From the NCBI GenBank assembly GCA_965112155.1, contig OZ218105.1: a stretch of DNA of 64,000 bases, one strand, 5' to 3'. A program made the position numbers and the translations under genes. Position 1 is the first letter of the stretch. Every line of letters begins with the position of its first letter. The notes beneath the pieces are model-generated. The model was given only the letters and a program-made list of their open reading frames with translations. It ran no database searches and had not been told where the DNA came from. Origin of the DNA: Podarcis liolepis. Taxonomy: Eukaryota. This document shows, piece after piece, positions 1 to 13,000 of the stretch.

Positions 1-1258
1 AGACTGATGCCATTGTATGAATCCAGCCTGGAAGAGAGGTTAGCATTTCCGATCCATCAAAGTCAATGAAATAAATACCATTCTAACGTTCTTAGATGCA
101 ACAACAATCCATTATTTGATACCCTGGCTTGTCAATGAACCATTAGAACATAGCAGTTCTCAAAGCGTAGGCATAATGGAAAACTGGTTAATTCCAAAGC
201 AAAGGCTTCCAGATTACATGTGGAAGGGACAAGGGGGAGTGTGTGAACACAAAGATTGTTCAGACTCACTCTTATGTTTTGTAGCTATGACTGAACTAGA
301 CTTGTGTCTTATTATGTGAGACCAGCAACGTAACAATATATGAAGTCTCTGTATCGTGATTTTAAACTTTTGTTTCATCACAATACTCCTCAGTCTTTGA
401 AGATGTGATAACATAATTATTAGCTTAGCTTTTGATTCCACAGTACCTAATCACTATCTACTGTCCTTGTTACTTTAGGCAGAGCTCCATCTACAGAGTT
501 GCACACTAGCATTCAAGATAACAGCATCCTCTATCTGGAATTGTTCAGTTTTAGATTTCAGTTTTGTTTTTTACATACCCATCTTGATGTGTATTTTGCC
601 CTTTGGACTGGAAGGAGGAGCTGGAGGTCTAGTGTGTGCTTGATCCGTCAATAGTTAGAAGTAATATTTATTTTTAATTACATTTTTATAAACTTAGTGG
701 ATGTCAACAGAAACAAAACACATTTATTCCAACAATGAGAAATGTATCTCTGTTGTTCTCTGTAAGACATAATTCACCACGAATGGAAAGAATAACTGTT
801 TCTAACAGCACAATCCTATTCAGAGGTGTGCAGTTCAGAGGGACTTAATCCTAGAAAGTAGGTATCAGACTACAGTGTGAATGGAGCCAAGTTTCATAGG
901 TTTTATTATTTAAATAATAAATATTACAAAGAATTACTAACATGGTTTTTAACATGACCACTAGCCCACAGTACCTCTTACAGACTTCCTACAATTCTGC
1001 TGAGGATATTTCATGCATCTGTACATATTGTAGAATCTTCCATCTAATTTTACTTTCGAAGGCAGGGATATTGAAGACTGCATCATTTTGATACCTGTAA
1101 ACAAAAGCACATGTGCCCAAGTAGATCAGACACACTCAGTGACATACATTGCACACAGGTGCATTGCCTTTCATTCACCCAATAACTTACCCATATACTA
1201 TATCTATTCTACCCTGTTTTCTCTCTTGTGCTCCCATCTCTCCTTGAGAGTCCATTTA

Positions 1259-1485
1259 CAGTGGTACCTCGGGTTAAGTACTTAATTCATTCCGGAGGTC
1301 TGTTCTTAACCTGAAACTGTTCTTTAACCTGAATAACCACTTTAGCTAATGGGGCCTCCTGCTGCTGCCGCGCTGCCAGAGCACAATTTCTGTTCTCATC
1401 CTGAAGCAAAGTTCTTAACCCGAGGTACTATTTCTGGGTTAGCAGAGTCTGTAACCTGAAGCGTATGTAACCTGAGGTACCACTG
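1259..1485 (+). mobile_element. Tc1/mariner (Tigger-like) MITE, family A
   Basis: TIR CAGTGGTACCTC...GAGGTACCACTG, TA on both sides; related copies at 13867, 23739 and 32849. Confidence 0.9.
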
Positions 1486-1649
1486 TATTGTAGTCTTTTA
1501 ATATTGAAACTGGAAGGTTTTCAACGGAAATATGTTATTAATGTTATGAGTCACACTGGGGATTCTGGTAAAAAAGCAGTATACAAATCTAAATAGAAAT
1601 ACAATAAATAGTTGATTCCAATCCTGAACGCGGCTGTAGGAGAAGCATA

Positions 1650-1747
1650 GTATTTAATGTATTTTTAATATTTTGTTGGAAGCCACCCAGCGGCTGGGGA
1701 AACCCAGCCAAGATGGGCCGGGTATAAATAATAAATTGTTGTTGTTG
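1650..1747 (+). mobile_element. L2-like LINE 3' tail fragment
   Basis: ttgttggaagccacccagcggctggggaaacccagcc...gggtataaataataa matches the tails at 46480-46535 (+) and 57060-57135 (-). Confidence 0.65.
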
Positions 1748-1919
1748 GTAGATTTTACAGATAGTTGGCAATATGGACACGGGGTTTTCTCTCTATGCTT
1801 AGTGCGCCTGAGCTGGCAGAAGAACCAGAGCTCTCATTGGGCTGCACTCTGGTCCCTTTCCCCTTCAGAAGTTGCAAATGCGCTTTCGTCTTGCGGCCGC
1901 TTAAAAAAAAAAAACCATT

Positions 1920-2680
1920 CGGACGGGCCCCCCAACCACAGCAGCAAGTATGCTCGAGGGCGCCACCATGGCAACTTCCGAACCGCCCCCGCCCCCAGTT
2001 GCACGCATGCGCCGTGGAGCTTTCCCCCTGCCAAACACAAAACCTCCCTTTCACCCAGTTCGCGGCGCGAGGCCTTTCCTTTCTGCCCGTCACTTTCTCA
2101 AAACCCCGCCTCCCAAGCCCGACGTCCCGAGCGCCGATTGGCCAGAGATTTCCCGCTTCCTTCTTCCCCTTTGACAACCCGCCATTTTGAAACGTTGTTG
2201 ATTTTTATTTTTTTTCCTGGGGAAGAGTGAGCAACAGCCTCACGTCTGGTCCCGCCCCCCTCCTTAAGTCTCTACCAGCCGCTGCTCTTGTTACCTGAGG
2301 GGTGGTGAGGTTTTCCCCCCCTTTTATCTTTCCTTTCTCTTTTTTAAGGAAAACCGTGGCTGTGCGCCATCGCTGCTGCTGACACTTTCTCAGAAGTGCC
2401 CCGAGGTGTCCGTCTCGCGACGAGGTGAGTGTTCCGTTGCTCCCGGGATAACGGTCGAAGGCGAGGTCCTAACGGCCTGGGTGGCGGTTTCGAACGCCCA
2501 GGAAGCGACGTTTGCCTTGCGCAGCCCGCTCTGTGGAAATGGTTAAGGCGGCAGGGAGCCTCCTTGCTCGGAGCCTGACAGGATTTCTGTTCCCTCCGCC
2601 CGGCCTTGACGTCTCTTCAGCGCTTCCCGCCGGAATCCTCTCGCCTGACATTATTGCCCTTGTGGGGGGCTTAACCGTTT
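1920..2680 (+). promoter_or_regulatory. DEK: CpG island / DEK promoter and non-coding exon 1 (donor CGAG|GTGAGT at 2424/2425)
   Basis: Sharp rise in GC and CpG. Motifs: ETS ACTTCCG 1974-1980, GC boxes 1983-1996, NRF1-like GCACGCATGCGC 2001-2012, inverted CCAAT 2137-2141, E2F TTTCCCGC 2149-2156, YY1 CGCCATTTTG 2180-2189. Consensus 5' splice site at 2425. Confidence 0.85.
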
Positions 2681-4063
2681 ACTTATAGTGAGGGGCAGAT
2701 TGAACACGGAGGGGGAGGGGGAGGGATGAGGGCTACCACTCTTTCTCTGTCTTCTTCTGCCTCGGTCCCGAAAATCCTGGAGCTTATAAATCCTTAAGGA
2801 AGAGATGGTTGGAGCATGGAGTCGCGTTTGTTTTGCCAGCGGGATTCTTTCAAAATGTTCCGTTTTGCTCGGAGTTTCTGTCGTGCTAAAGCAAAAGCCA
2901 ACGGAAACATTCCCCCAACAACAACAACCCGTATTCCAAAAACGTCACTGCTTTAGTTTGTTTTAGGAAGAAGAAAGAACGGCAGTCCTAGAAAGACCAG
3001 CAGGAGTTTGAATGGATTAGAGCCCACTTGTTCGAATGCATAAAGTGGCTTCCGTGTGCTGGTGGTTTTTTATAGGTGTATGTAAAAGTTTAAATAGAAA
3101 CTTCAAATAATGGGGTGAAAAACAGTACAGTACTGTCTGCTGCATGTTTTGTTTTGACCTCTGGGTGGGCTTCAGATATTTTTGGTTGAAGTGGGGATAT
3201 GATCCAAGTTAGTGTTGGTGCATGGAAACATAAGACAGTTGTCATTCTACTACATACCTTATTTATGGGGCATCAAATTATGCCTGCACCACACTATTAA
3301 CATAATGTGTGATCGTGTAGGATAGCAGATTTCCAAGTTGTTTGGATTGTTTACCTCCTTCCTTTTGTGAAATCTTGTTAAAAAGACATGCCATGTTCTG
3401 TTTAAGTCACTTGGGATCTTTATAACTAGGAAGCTCAAAATAATTTATGCAAAGTGTATACAGTTTATTTTGCAAGCATGCTTCAGTCAGTGTCCAATAT
3501 TTGCATACTTCTGAACTTGGCCCCCAGAACTATTTCACTGGATTACAGGTAGTAAGTGTGGGTGTAAAAGCATGCGAAGACCATGCAGAATAAGTAGCCA
3601 TACAGATCACAGGAACTTTACTCTTTCCTTCTTCAGATGCTGCCTGTATTTTTATGTCATTAAAACTAGTTTTTAGAAAGTTTCTTTTTAACAAAGGAGG
3701 CTATAGCTAGATTTGTGTAAAATTGCAGAGGATTAAATACTGTTATGTATAATCAGTTGTATGGGGGGAAATTCCTTCTCAGAAGAAGCAGTTGCTTACT
3801 CCCAACTTCTGTAAATGTTTTTTCATTTGTCCTTCAGCCCTAGCTTTTACTTTGCGGCATATTTATTAGCCATATGTTGTTGATGTAAACTTATAGTAAA
3901 ACAGTCACACAACTGTTAATAATGTGGTATATGAGAACTTGCTGTTAAGGAGAATTCCTTTCTATGTTGCAAGAATGATGGAAGGGCACACGGTCAAACG
4001 TTATTTTATAGGAGTCATATTGACATTATATTTCCCCTGTGTTTTCATGCAGAAGAACCAACC

Positions 4064-7000
4064 ATGTCATCTGTAACTGAAAAAGATGGTTCACTGTCTG
4101 CTGAACAAACAGAAGAAAGAGAACCGGAAACTGAGGACAAAGTTGAAGATAGTGAAGAAGAGGAGGAGGACGAGGAGGAGGAAAAAGGTAGAAAAACGCT
4201 AATGTGAAAGAACACTAGAACTTCCACTAAGCTAAATATTTAGGTCAAGATGTATGTGCAGCAGGACATTTTAGAAAGCTCTCCAGATATAGTCCCTTGC
4301 CCCCAGCCAAGCAAAAACACTCTAGAATGGAGTCCAACATAATGTGAAAAGCTGCAGCTGGAAAGAAAAAGCACTTTCCCCTCAATGTCCAGTATTAGAT
4401 GACACTGGAGATGAAACATTTTTACGGATGCATTTATGGAAAATTAGTTAAAAACAATCTTTGAGTATGCTGTAAAATTATATGCACACTCTGTTTTTAA
4501 TAATGATAATAAAAAATAATAGCTCTTCTAACTGAGATCAAACTGTAACCTTCTGAGAAGATGTTTGGGTTGCTTTTTCTCTAGTAATTTAGAGCATTAA
4601 TAAGTTATGGACAGCTCTGCAGAGTACAGATGTGCTTGGGGCTCAGAAAAAGGTAGGAGAGCCAAGAAGTACAAGTAGTATAAAGTGGACAGTTTTGTTT
4701 AGGTGATGGAGAATGAGCACTTCTTCACCTTCCTCTTATTTTTATATAGGAACAGTGATCTGTTCGTATGAACTTTATGTTGCATGTGAGTAGGGTTTTA
4801 AACGCACCTAGGTTACATGATTTGTTTATTTACTTGTATATTAGGCAAAATTGTGAGTTTAGTATTTGGAAATCAATAATCTGATTTGATAGTCATTTTA
4901 CAGTCTTTATACATATATATTACTGGATTGTAAGCTTTAGATAATTAGAGTTTAAATAGTTCTGTGCATAAATAAAGGTGACCTGGGCTGTTTCTCTTCC
5001 TCATTGTGTTTTGCATTATTCCAGTTCTGATGGTTACTTCCTTTGTTTCAGGGTTCAGATATTGAAAAGTATGATGAGTGGCTTGCTGATACTATTCCTA
5101 TCTAGTTTCTCAATTTTAATTAGAATCTGTGTAGACATGTTTGTTCATAGAGGGACTAGTTTTTTGAGGTCAATATATATTTTATTAACATATACTTTCT
5201 GTGGTAACTAGCAAATATTTCTTGTTAGTTGGAGAATGAGGAATCAAGTTGAGTCAGTCGGGTATATATGTAAAGTCTCCTTTCCAGAGCCAAACTTGAA
5301 CGCTTGTTCATAAGTTGCCATTACAACTCTTCTCAGTTACAATACTTCACAGTGCTTGGAGGAGTTTGTGTTTTCTTACGTGACTAGAGAAGGGCTGTTG
5401 TAGATTTATTTTAACAAGTAAAATAAGTACAACATTTAGCGAACCTTCAGAAATATTCCAGCCTGGAGTTCCCTGTTTCAGAGTGTAAATTGCCACAGGT
5501 ATGGTGGCAGATCTATAGACCTCCATGGCAGATCTGTAGTCCAACCCTAATTTGCTACAGTTTTGGGTGTTCCCAGAATGTTTCTTAGAATATTAAATAT
5601 GTACTTTTGATCTATAGGTCTGTTTTTTCTATATGGCAACTAACTGTGTTTCAAATTTTTATATATAATTGTCTATTTCAGAAAAGAGTCTCATTGTTGA
5701 AGGAAAAAGAGAGAAGAAAAAAGTAGAAAGATTGACCATGCAAGTTTCTTCATTACAGAAAGAACCTTTTACAATTACACCAGGCAAGTTATTTTTTGCA
5801 TACTGTATATCGAGCATGAGTTATCTTTACATGTTTTTAAGTAGCAAGTACTTAGAACTCATCTTGTTCCAAATAATTCCAAATACAAATAATACCAATT
5901 TTATTATTTATATACCACCCATCTGATTGGGTTGCATTGGAACCATTATTTCAAAATGTTGAAATTATTGTCTAAATTTAATTCAACACTTGACAGCCTT
6001 TCAAGCAGAAACATGTTAGGTAATCTTAAGGAGGACCCATACAATTTAAAACAAAAAACATATCCACAGCCCCTGTCAAAAAATTATACAACAATCATTT
6101 AAATATATCTGACTGATAACTATAACCACCTCATAAGTGTAATCTAGTAACTATTAGTAAGTATTAATGTTGCTAAATAGACTAATGTAATACATTTTCC
6201 CTTTCAGGAAAGGGACAAAAACTTTGTGAAATTGAAAGAATACAGTACTTTTTAAGCAAGAAGAAAACAGATGAACTTCGAAATCTGCACAAACTTCTAT
6301 ACAACAGACCAGGCACAGTAAGCTTAGAAAACTATCAAATTTGTTTTGGAAAATGTCATGAAATACAGAATGGCCTTGTTTCTGAAGGCTGAGACTCTTT
6401 AAAGTCCTAAGATGAAAATAAATTCCATTTAAATCAGTGGAGTGGGCTTTCCAATAGCAGGTTTGTATTTGAAAACTACATTTCCAGGCCTTACTTGTGC
6501 TTCCTGGAATTATTAATTATATTATCTTTTTTCTTTGAGCTTTTGACCCTATACAAAGGGTACTTGAAATTCCCATCTCTTCAAAAACAATCTGCCATGT
6601 GGTGGTTACAGTGGAAATAAAGTGAATCCAAATAGCTCTTTGCCTTACAAAGCTGGATGTAGTCATTTGGATCCTATCCAGTGGACTTTGGAATGAAGTC
6701 TTTATACTTTAATTTGTCCATCCCCCCCCCTTTGAATATTCATTTTTCTCTCAATAATCCTGAGATTGATAAATGTAGAGTCTGCTGGTGCTAGAAGTTA
6801 CTGGCACAATCCTGTCTTTGCTCGGGGCCTTAAGCCTGTTTTTGATTCTCACATTCTATCCTTGGTTTGTTTGAAATTGCTGCTAAAACAAGTGGCCCTG
6901 TAACAAAATATTGCATTGTGTAGTGCTCCTGTTCAGGGTTGCAGCCACATCACTTTCCAGGAAACTCCATTCTATTCTCCCTCCCTCAGATTTGCATTCT

Positions 7001-10000
7001 TCCACCACCACCACCTCCCAGTGGTCAGCATTCTATGGTTACTGGGTTGTTTTGGAGTCTTGCTTTTGCGCACACACGTTTGCATGTAGACCTTGGTTTT
7101 CCCAAGCCCGCTGATACCTCCCTCTTGGGCATTAATAATACCATTTTGACTACATTAAAATCTACAAGAAGAATTATTTTGCTAAGGGCTTTATCCAGCA
7201 TTGCACATGTGGACTTCTGCTTCCTCAAGGACCCTTGAGCTTCCTTCTCTCCTGCACCCCCCCTAAAATCTGCTCTGGGTTGTCCTCCAAGCCTCTGGAG
7301 CAGATTTTGAGGTCATGCAGGGGGAGAGAAGAAGTTGAACTTGTTGAAAGCAAGTTTGTTTTGCTCATGCATAGAAAGGCTTATATACATAGGATATAAT
7401 AGGCCTTCTAATATACTTAGTCTATTACTATTCTAACATTTTTATTTGTAAAATGCTTAAGCTTATCTTGGTTATGAAGAGCAAAATTGCTTTATGAATT
7501 GCTTTTTAGATACTTTAATTACCTGTATAATTTGTCAATTGAATCCAAATCTGTCTATATAGAAAACAGCTTCTATACAACATATTCCATACAAACTCAC
7601 CAATATTTCAGTACATATTTTTACTTGTGTTTTGGTTTTTTTAAAAATAGTGTACCTTTTGTTTCTCATGAATGTGATTATTTGCAGTATGTAGCAGCTT
7701 GCTGTCTTACAGAAATTGAGGGAGCTTCTTCCTGAAAAATTCCTTATCAAATAAGGGTATATGAGCTGTTTTAACATTTGCTCTTATTTATTTCATACAT
7801 AATTAGGTAGTTATATTCAAAGGTGAGCAAAAATTTATGTGCTAATCTTGTAGCCTTGTTTATAGGCTACAAATTTGCAGTGCTCCTTCAGCGGCAACTT
7901 GATGTTCACTGTGCTATCTGGCTGAGCACCCTTCCCAGCTTTACCTTTGAATTGATTCCATAATTATCATGTGTCAGAAGATCAGCACAACTGCCTCAAC
8001 AATGCAGGGACACTTTCCTCTCTTTCCTTACTGTACTGCACTGTGGTCTTCAAAGATAGGAAAGTGTTGCCTAGGAAGACTCTTCTGAAAAATGGTGATC
8101 ATTGCAGCTGCAAATAGTCAGAGAAGCAACACCTTTGATGGTAAACTCAGTTTGTTTTTGGGAAATGTTGCATCCTGTTTCTCTTGAATTTTCTGTTGAC
8201 GAAAACTTGTTCTAAGCCCTAGTTGAACTGCTTTGGATCAAGACCTGCCTGGTATAATGCAAATATCACTCTAAAATGCATGTTATTGTGTTCTGTTTTA
8301 GGTTGCTTCATTAAAGAAGAATGTGGGTCAGTTCAGTGGCTTTCCATTTGAAAAAGGAAGTGACCAGTATAAGAAAAAGGAAGAGATGTTGAAAAAGTAA
8401 CATTTTAAAACTTTTTAGTATGATCAAGTTCATTATTTATGTTAATACATGCATTTTAAATCTTGAGCAGAGCAACTGCTTTAAGCCCTGTTTGCTATCC
8501 CTGCACATTTCAGTTAGTAACTTCAGTGTATTTCAAACCATATCCATAAACATTACTGAAGGATAGTTTTATATTACACATGTGAACATTTTATGTCTAA
8601 AATGAATGGGTTTACTGGTGCTGAATTTTTTCTAATTAATTACTTAGTTGAAGATACAAGTGAGTATCTTGTTCAATAAAATATTGCTATTTTCATGCAC
8701 AAACTTGAGGTATGGTCTTGTGAAAGTTAAGCACATAGATATTGGTGATTTTTCTAATAGTTGAGTTACACATACTTAATTTTCCCCCTTGAAATGAAAA
8801 GCACTTAAACTTGCATACCTTTGGCTAAATTGTGCCCCCAACATTTAATTCAAACTTAAAATTCTCTGCCACCTTAATATTTGTGCAGAACTTTTGTAGA
8901 ACTTAAATTTATCCAAAATAAATTTGCAGTTATAAAGAGTATACAATGAATACTGTATTTTGTGATGTGTTTTACGATATTCAGAATCTGTGGTTGCACA
9001 TGTAGCAATGTCTTTTTCCTCCTTGCAGTTGGTATTTCCAATTTCCAGTGTACTGCAATTTCCACTACTTCCCTCTATGGAGAGGGCATAAGCTGCTACC
9101 AGTGTACTTAGGCTGACTTATGGTAAAGATGGCAACCCATAAAAGTTGCCCTTCCTTCCATTATCACGCAGACTCTTCTAGACAATGGTGGTATAATCAT
9201 GTTGGTAAATAGGGGTTGGCTGTAACTTCTGAAGGGTGAATTTTATTCCTGAGGGCCTGCACAGGTTTCTCAGTTGTTGCACCATTAATCTTTGCATAAA
9301 CTATAAAAGCTATACTGTGGCTTCTTTCTACTGACAAAAATTTGAGAAGGTGTTTAAATAAATGAATCCCTATACCCTTTGAACTCTGTCTTTGAATTCT
9401 GTCCTTAGCTGTAAAATATTTCCTACCTGCCTGGTTGGTATTTCTAGTTTTATTATAAGTACTGTTTTAATAAGACGGGACATGCAATCATTGAAGAAAT
9501 ATTGTCAAAATGTTGATTGCATTTCTGTGGTTTGTTTAATTTTTGTGAGTTGCCTTGAGTTTTGAAAAATCAAAAAGTGGAGTATAAATAATAAATTCAT
9601 CAATTGTATGCTTGTAAGATATAGTTGAAAGCTCAGGTAGTCAACTAAACTATCTTTGCTCCTGTGTATTAAGATCAACTTTTATCAGCTATGCTTAATA
9701 AAGGGTATTTCTCTCTAGGTACAGAAATGCAATGCTGAAAAGTATATGTGAAGTTCTTGATTTGGAAAGATCAGGAGTTAATAGTGAATTGGTAGCCAGA
9801 ATCCTAAACTTCTTAATGCATCCAAAACCTTCAGGCAAGGTAAGACAAGACATAATAATGAAGCTATATTTAGATTACATTTATCATCTTTGTGGTGATC
9901 ATGCTTTTTATGTAGAGTTGCTATTGCTGTCCCACGTCAAACAGTTGTTGAGTTTTGTGTGGCTTGCGCCACCACAAAATCACACATATGCTTTGCTTGA

Positions 10001-13000
10001 TTCATATATGCTCTTGAAGATGTAAGTAATATGACCACAATTCTATTAAGCCACTAGTGAACATCTTATTAGCTTCTTTATTATATATTATATGTTGTTC
10101 TTGTGGAAAATAAGAGAGATGGAAGAAGACAGTCAAACAGAACAAAGGCAGAGCTCAAGGGGAAAATGAACCGTAGCATTCTCCTTACAAGGAGTACTAC
10201 AAGAGCACTAGGGTTTGATTGCACGTTAGTATCTCTTCTGAGGTTCTTTATACAGAGACCATGCCTAGCAGCTATTAAACATTTGTTACAGCTGAGGCCC
10301 TTTTAAAAACAAATATGCCATTTCTATTGAACTGTGTATATGAAAACACAAGTTTTCTTCCACGAGTTTTGAGACTGAGGCATTCAACCTGGAGTAAAAA
10401 GCTCAATAACAAATTATGTTCTCATTGCCTTGCAGTATTAGGCAATATTACCTAACAATTTATTAAAAATGGAAAAGCAATGTCTCTGAATTTTGTGTTT
10501 CTGCTTCTCTGGAAAAGACAGACACCAACAGTCAGCGAGGCTGGCATCTGAAAACAAACAGAGAAAAAGATGTCTTTATTTATAGCACTGCCAGGAATAC
10601 TGCAATAAGACTCTTCAAATGGGGAGTGAAATCCTTCCTGAGCTTGTCACTGCTTTCCAGAATTTTCCTCTGGAACCACATTTGTGGAAGGTATTACCCA
10701 TATATTTGGCATCAAACATGGCTCCTGTCATGGGAAACAAAAACTCAATGGCAGCATTGCATTTGTCAGTCTTCCATATTCAAGCTGCTGATTGATAGCT
10801 AAAATAAAAAGTGGAATCTGCAAGAAAACTTTGCAAGTGCTGTTGTGCAATTCCATTCCCCCTCATTGGGCTATATTGGGAGGATGTTCCCCTACTAAAG
10901 ATCTTCAAATGAAGGATGGTATATAAATAAACAACTTTAACCCCCCCCCCCCATAAAAAACTCAACAACTTTTGTGGCAGCTTTAACTTATGCAAACTTT
11001 GGAGTCCCTCCAGATCTGCTAGTTCCTCATCTTCTACAGATATGATACTGTTTTGGCTACGTAAGAAATAGAACTCACAGTATGACCATCTTAAATAGAA
11101 TAAATACCTTCAATTGAATAATTACCCTCAAATAATACATGTATGTAATGTCTATAACTTCATTCTAAAAGAAACCTGTAATCTCATGGTACCTTTTCAA
11201 AATGACCATAGTAAAGGATAACACTTTGAAGGTGGTTAAGGTCTAAGCAATTACTTATCCCCTATAGAGTCTTATAAATAAATAGAGAGTTTTAAAACTA
11301 TTTTGTTTGCCTCAATTTTTAATATTTAATAGCCATTGCCAAAATCCAAGAGAACACCTAACAAAAGTGGGAAAAAGGAACGCAGTAGCTCTGGAACAGC
11401 ACGGAAAGGCAAGCGCACTAAATGTCCTGAGATCCTGTCAGATGAATCCAGTAGTGAGGAAGATGAAAAGAAAGAGAAAGAAGAATCATCTGAAGAAGAT
11501 AAAGAAAGTGAAGAGGAGGTAGGATCTATTTGCAAACTATCCATGTTGAAGGCCAGCTACAGTAGGCTCTCTGATTTGCTTAAAGGGCATTGAGCTGAAG
11601 ATGATAGGGTTATAGAGAAAAATCTTTTCATTCCATAGACCTATTGACTTTTAAGATATTTGCTTAGTGATCAACAGACTTAAACTTGAAAGTAGTGACT
11701 AGATGCTGATAAAGTACAAAGACTTGTTTGCTAGAAGTGTGGATAGGAATGTACCATAGATTCATTATTCTTCGCATAATTACTTGTTATTTTAGGGACA
11801 AAAATGCTTGGTGCTCGCCTCAAACAAAGGTACAATTCTCAACAGAACTAGCTAACGCCTTTCAGCCTCACACCTTCATCACCCATTGCAACCTTACAGT
11901 GACAGCATACTAGCAATGGGACACTGTCACTATCTGCTGATGGCTTTGGGGGGGGGGGATTGACAAAAAAATGGTTAGCAGGCCAAACATAGCCAGTTCA
12001 CCACCTTCACAAGGTACAAGGTAACTTTTTGTATCCCTGCAAAAGCAGAAAGGCATGTTCTCTTAAAATGCAGGGGCATTATTAGAACTAAATACAAATA
12101 ATGCAGTTACAAATAGCTTTCATGTGTATTTTGGCTTTGCTGCAAAGAGTGCTTTCTAGCAATAAACTATGCTTTAGCAAGAAGCTTCATAGTGTTAGGA
12201 GTGTTTTATATTGTAATAGACTTTGATGCTCTCTTTATCACACCACAGCCACCTAAAAAGTCATCCAAAAAAGAAAAACCCAAGCAAAAGTCAGCTGTGA
12301 AAAGCAAAAGGGGCACAAAGAATGCTTACGTCAAGAAAGCAGATAGCAGCACAACCAAGAAGAATCAGAACAATTCCAAAAAAGGTGAACCTATCTTTCT
12401 GGGGTCCTGCGAGCAGACAGGGACAAGAGCAGAAGAGTATATGCAAATACAATTATACATACTTACATAAAGTGTGGGGGGGCCATAAAGATGGATGCTT
12501 TGTAACAAAGACAGAAAGGTGAATGGAAGAATGTTTGACAGCAGGGCATTGTGGTAGAATGTTGGGAGGAGTGAGAGCAAGCGGCAGGTGAAGAGCGTCG
12601 GTTGAGAACAACAGTTTAAAAAGAGTGGCTGAAGAGACAAGGAGGAAATGAGAGGAAAGAAATGGTTAGAGTTAGCATGGGTTTTAAGGAGAAGAGAGTT
12701 TTCTTAAGATAGGGCATTAGAACTGAGCGTTCTATATCAAGTGGCTGCTTTTTCTAGTTATTATGTTCCATAATATATGTGTGTTTTAACTGCCTGTTCC
12801 GGTCTGGGTGGATTTTAAGGTTAATACACATCACCCTACATACCTTGTGTGCATGCACTTAGTCATAGAAAGCCTGGACTCAGTAGAGTAGCTGAGTGAC
12901 TGATCTAGTGACCTCCCTGGGACATGGCTTTGTAGGGACCCCAGGGAGGAGGTAGGTGGCAGCAACAACAACAACAGGGAAATGGTCAATGGTTTTAAGG

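Noticed and set aside
1673-2230. Overlapping 140-185 aa ORFs on both strands upstream of DEK
   Set aside because: They lie in the CpG island and an L2 tail where stops are rare; low-complexity P/R/A/S composition and no recognisable domain.
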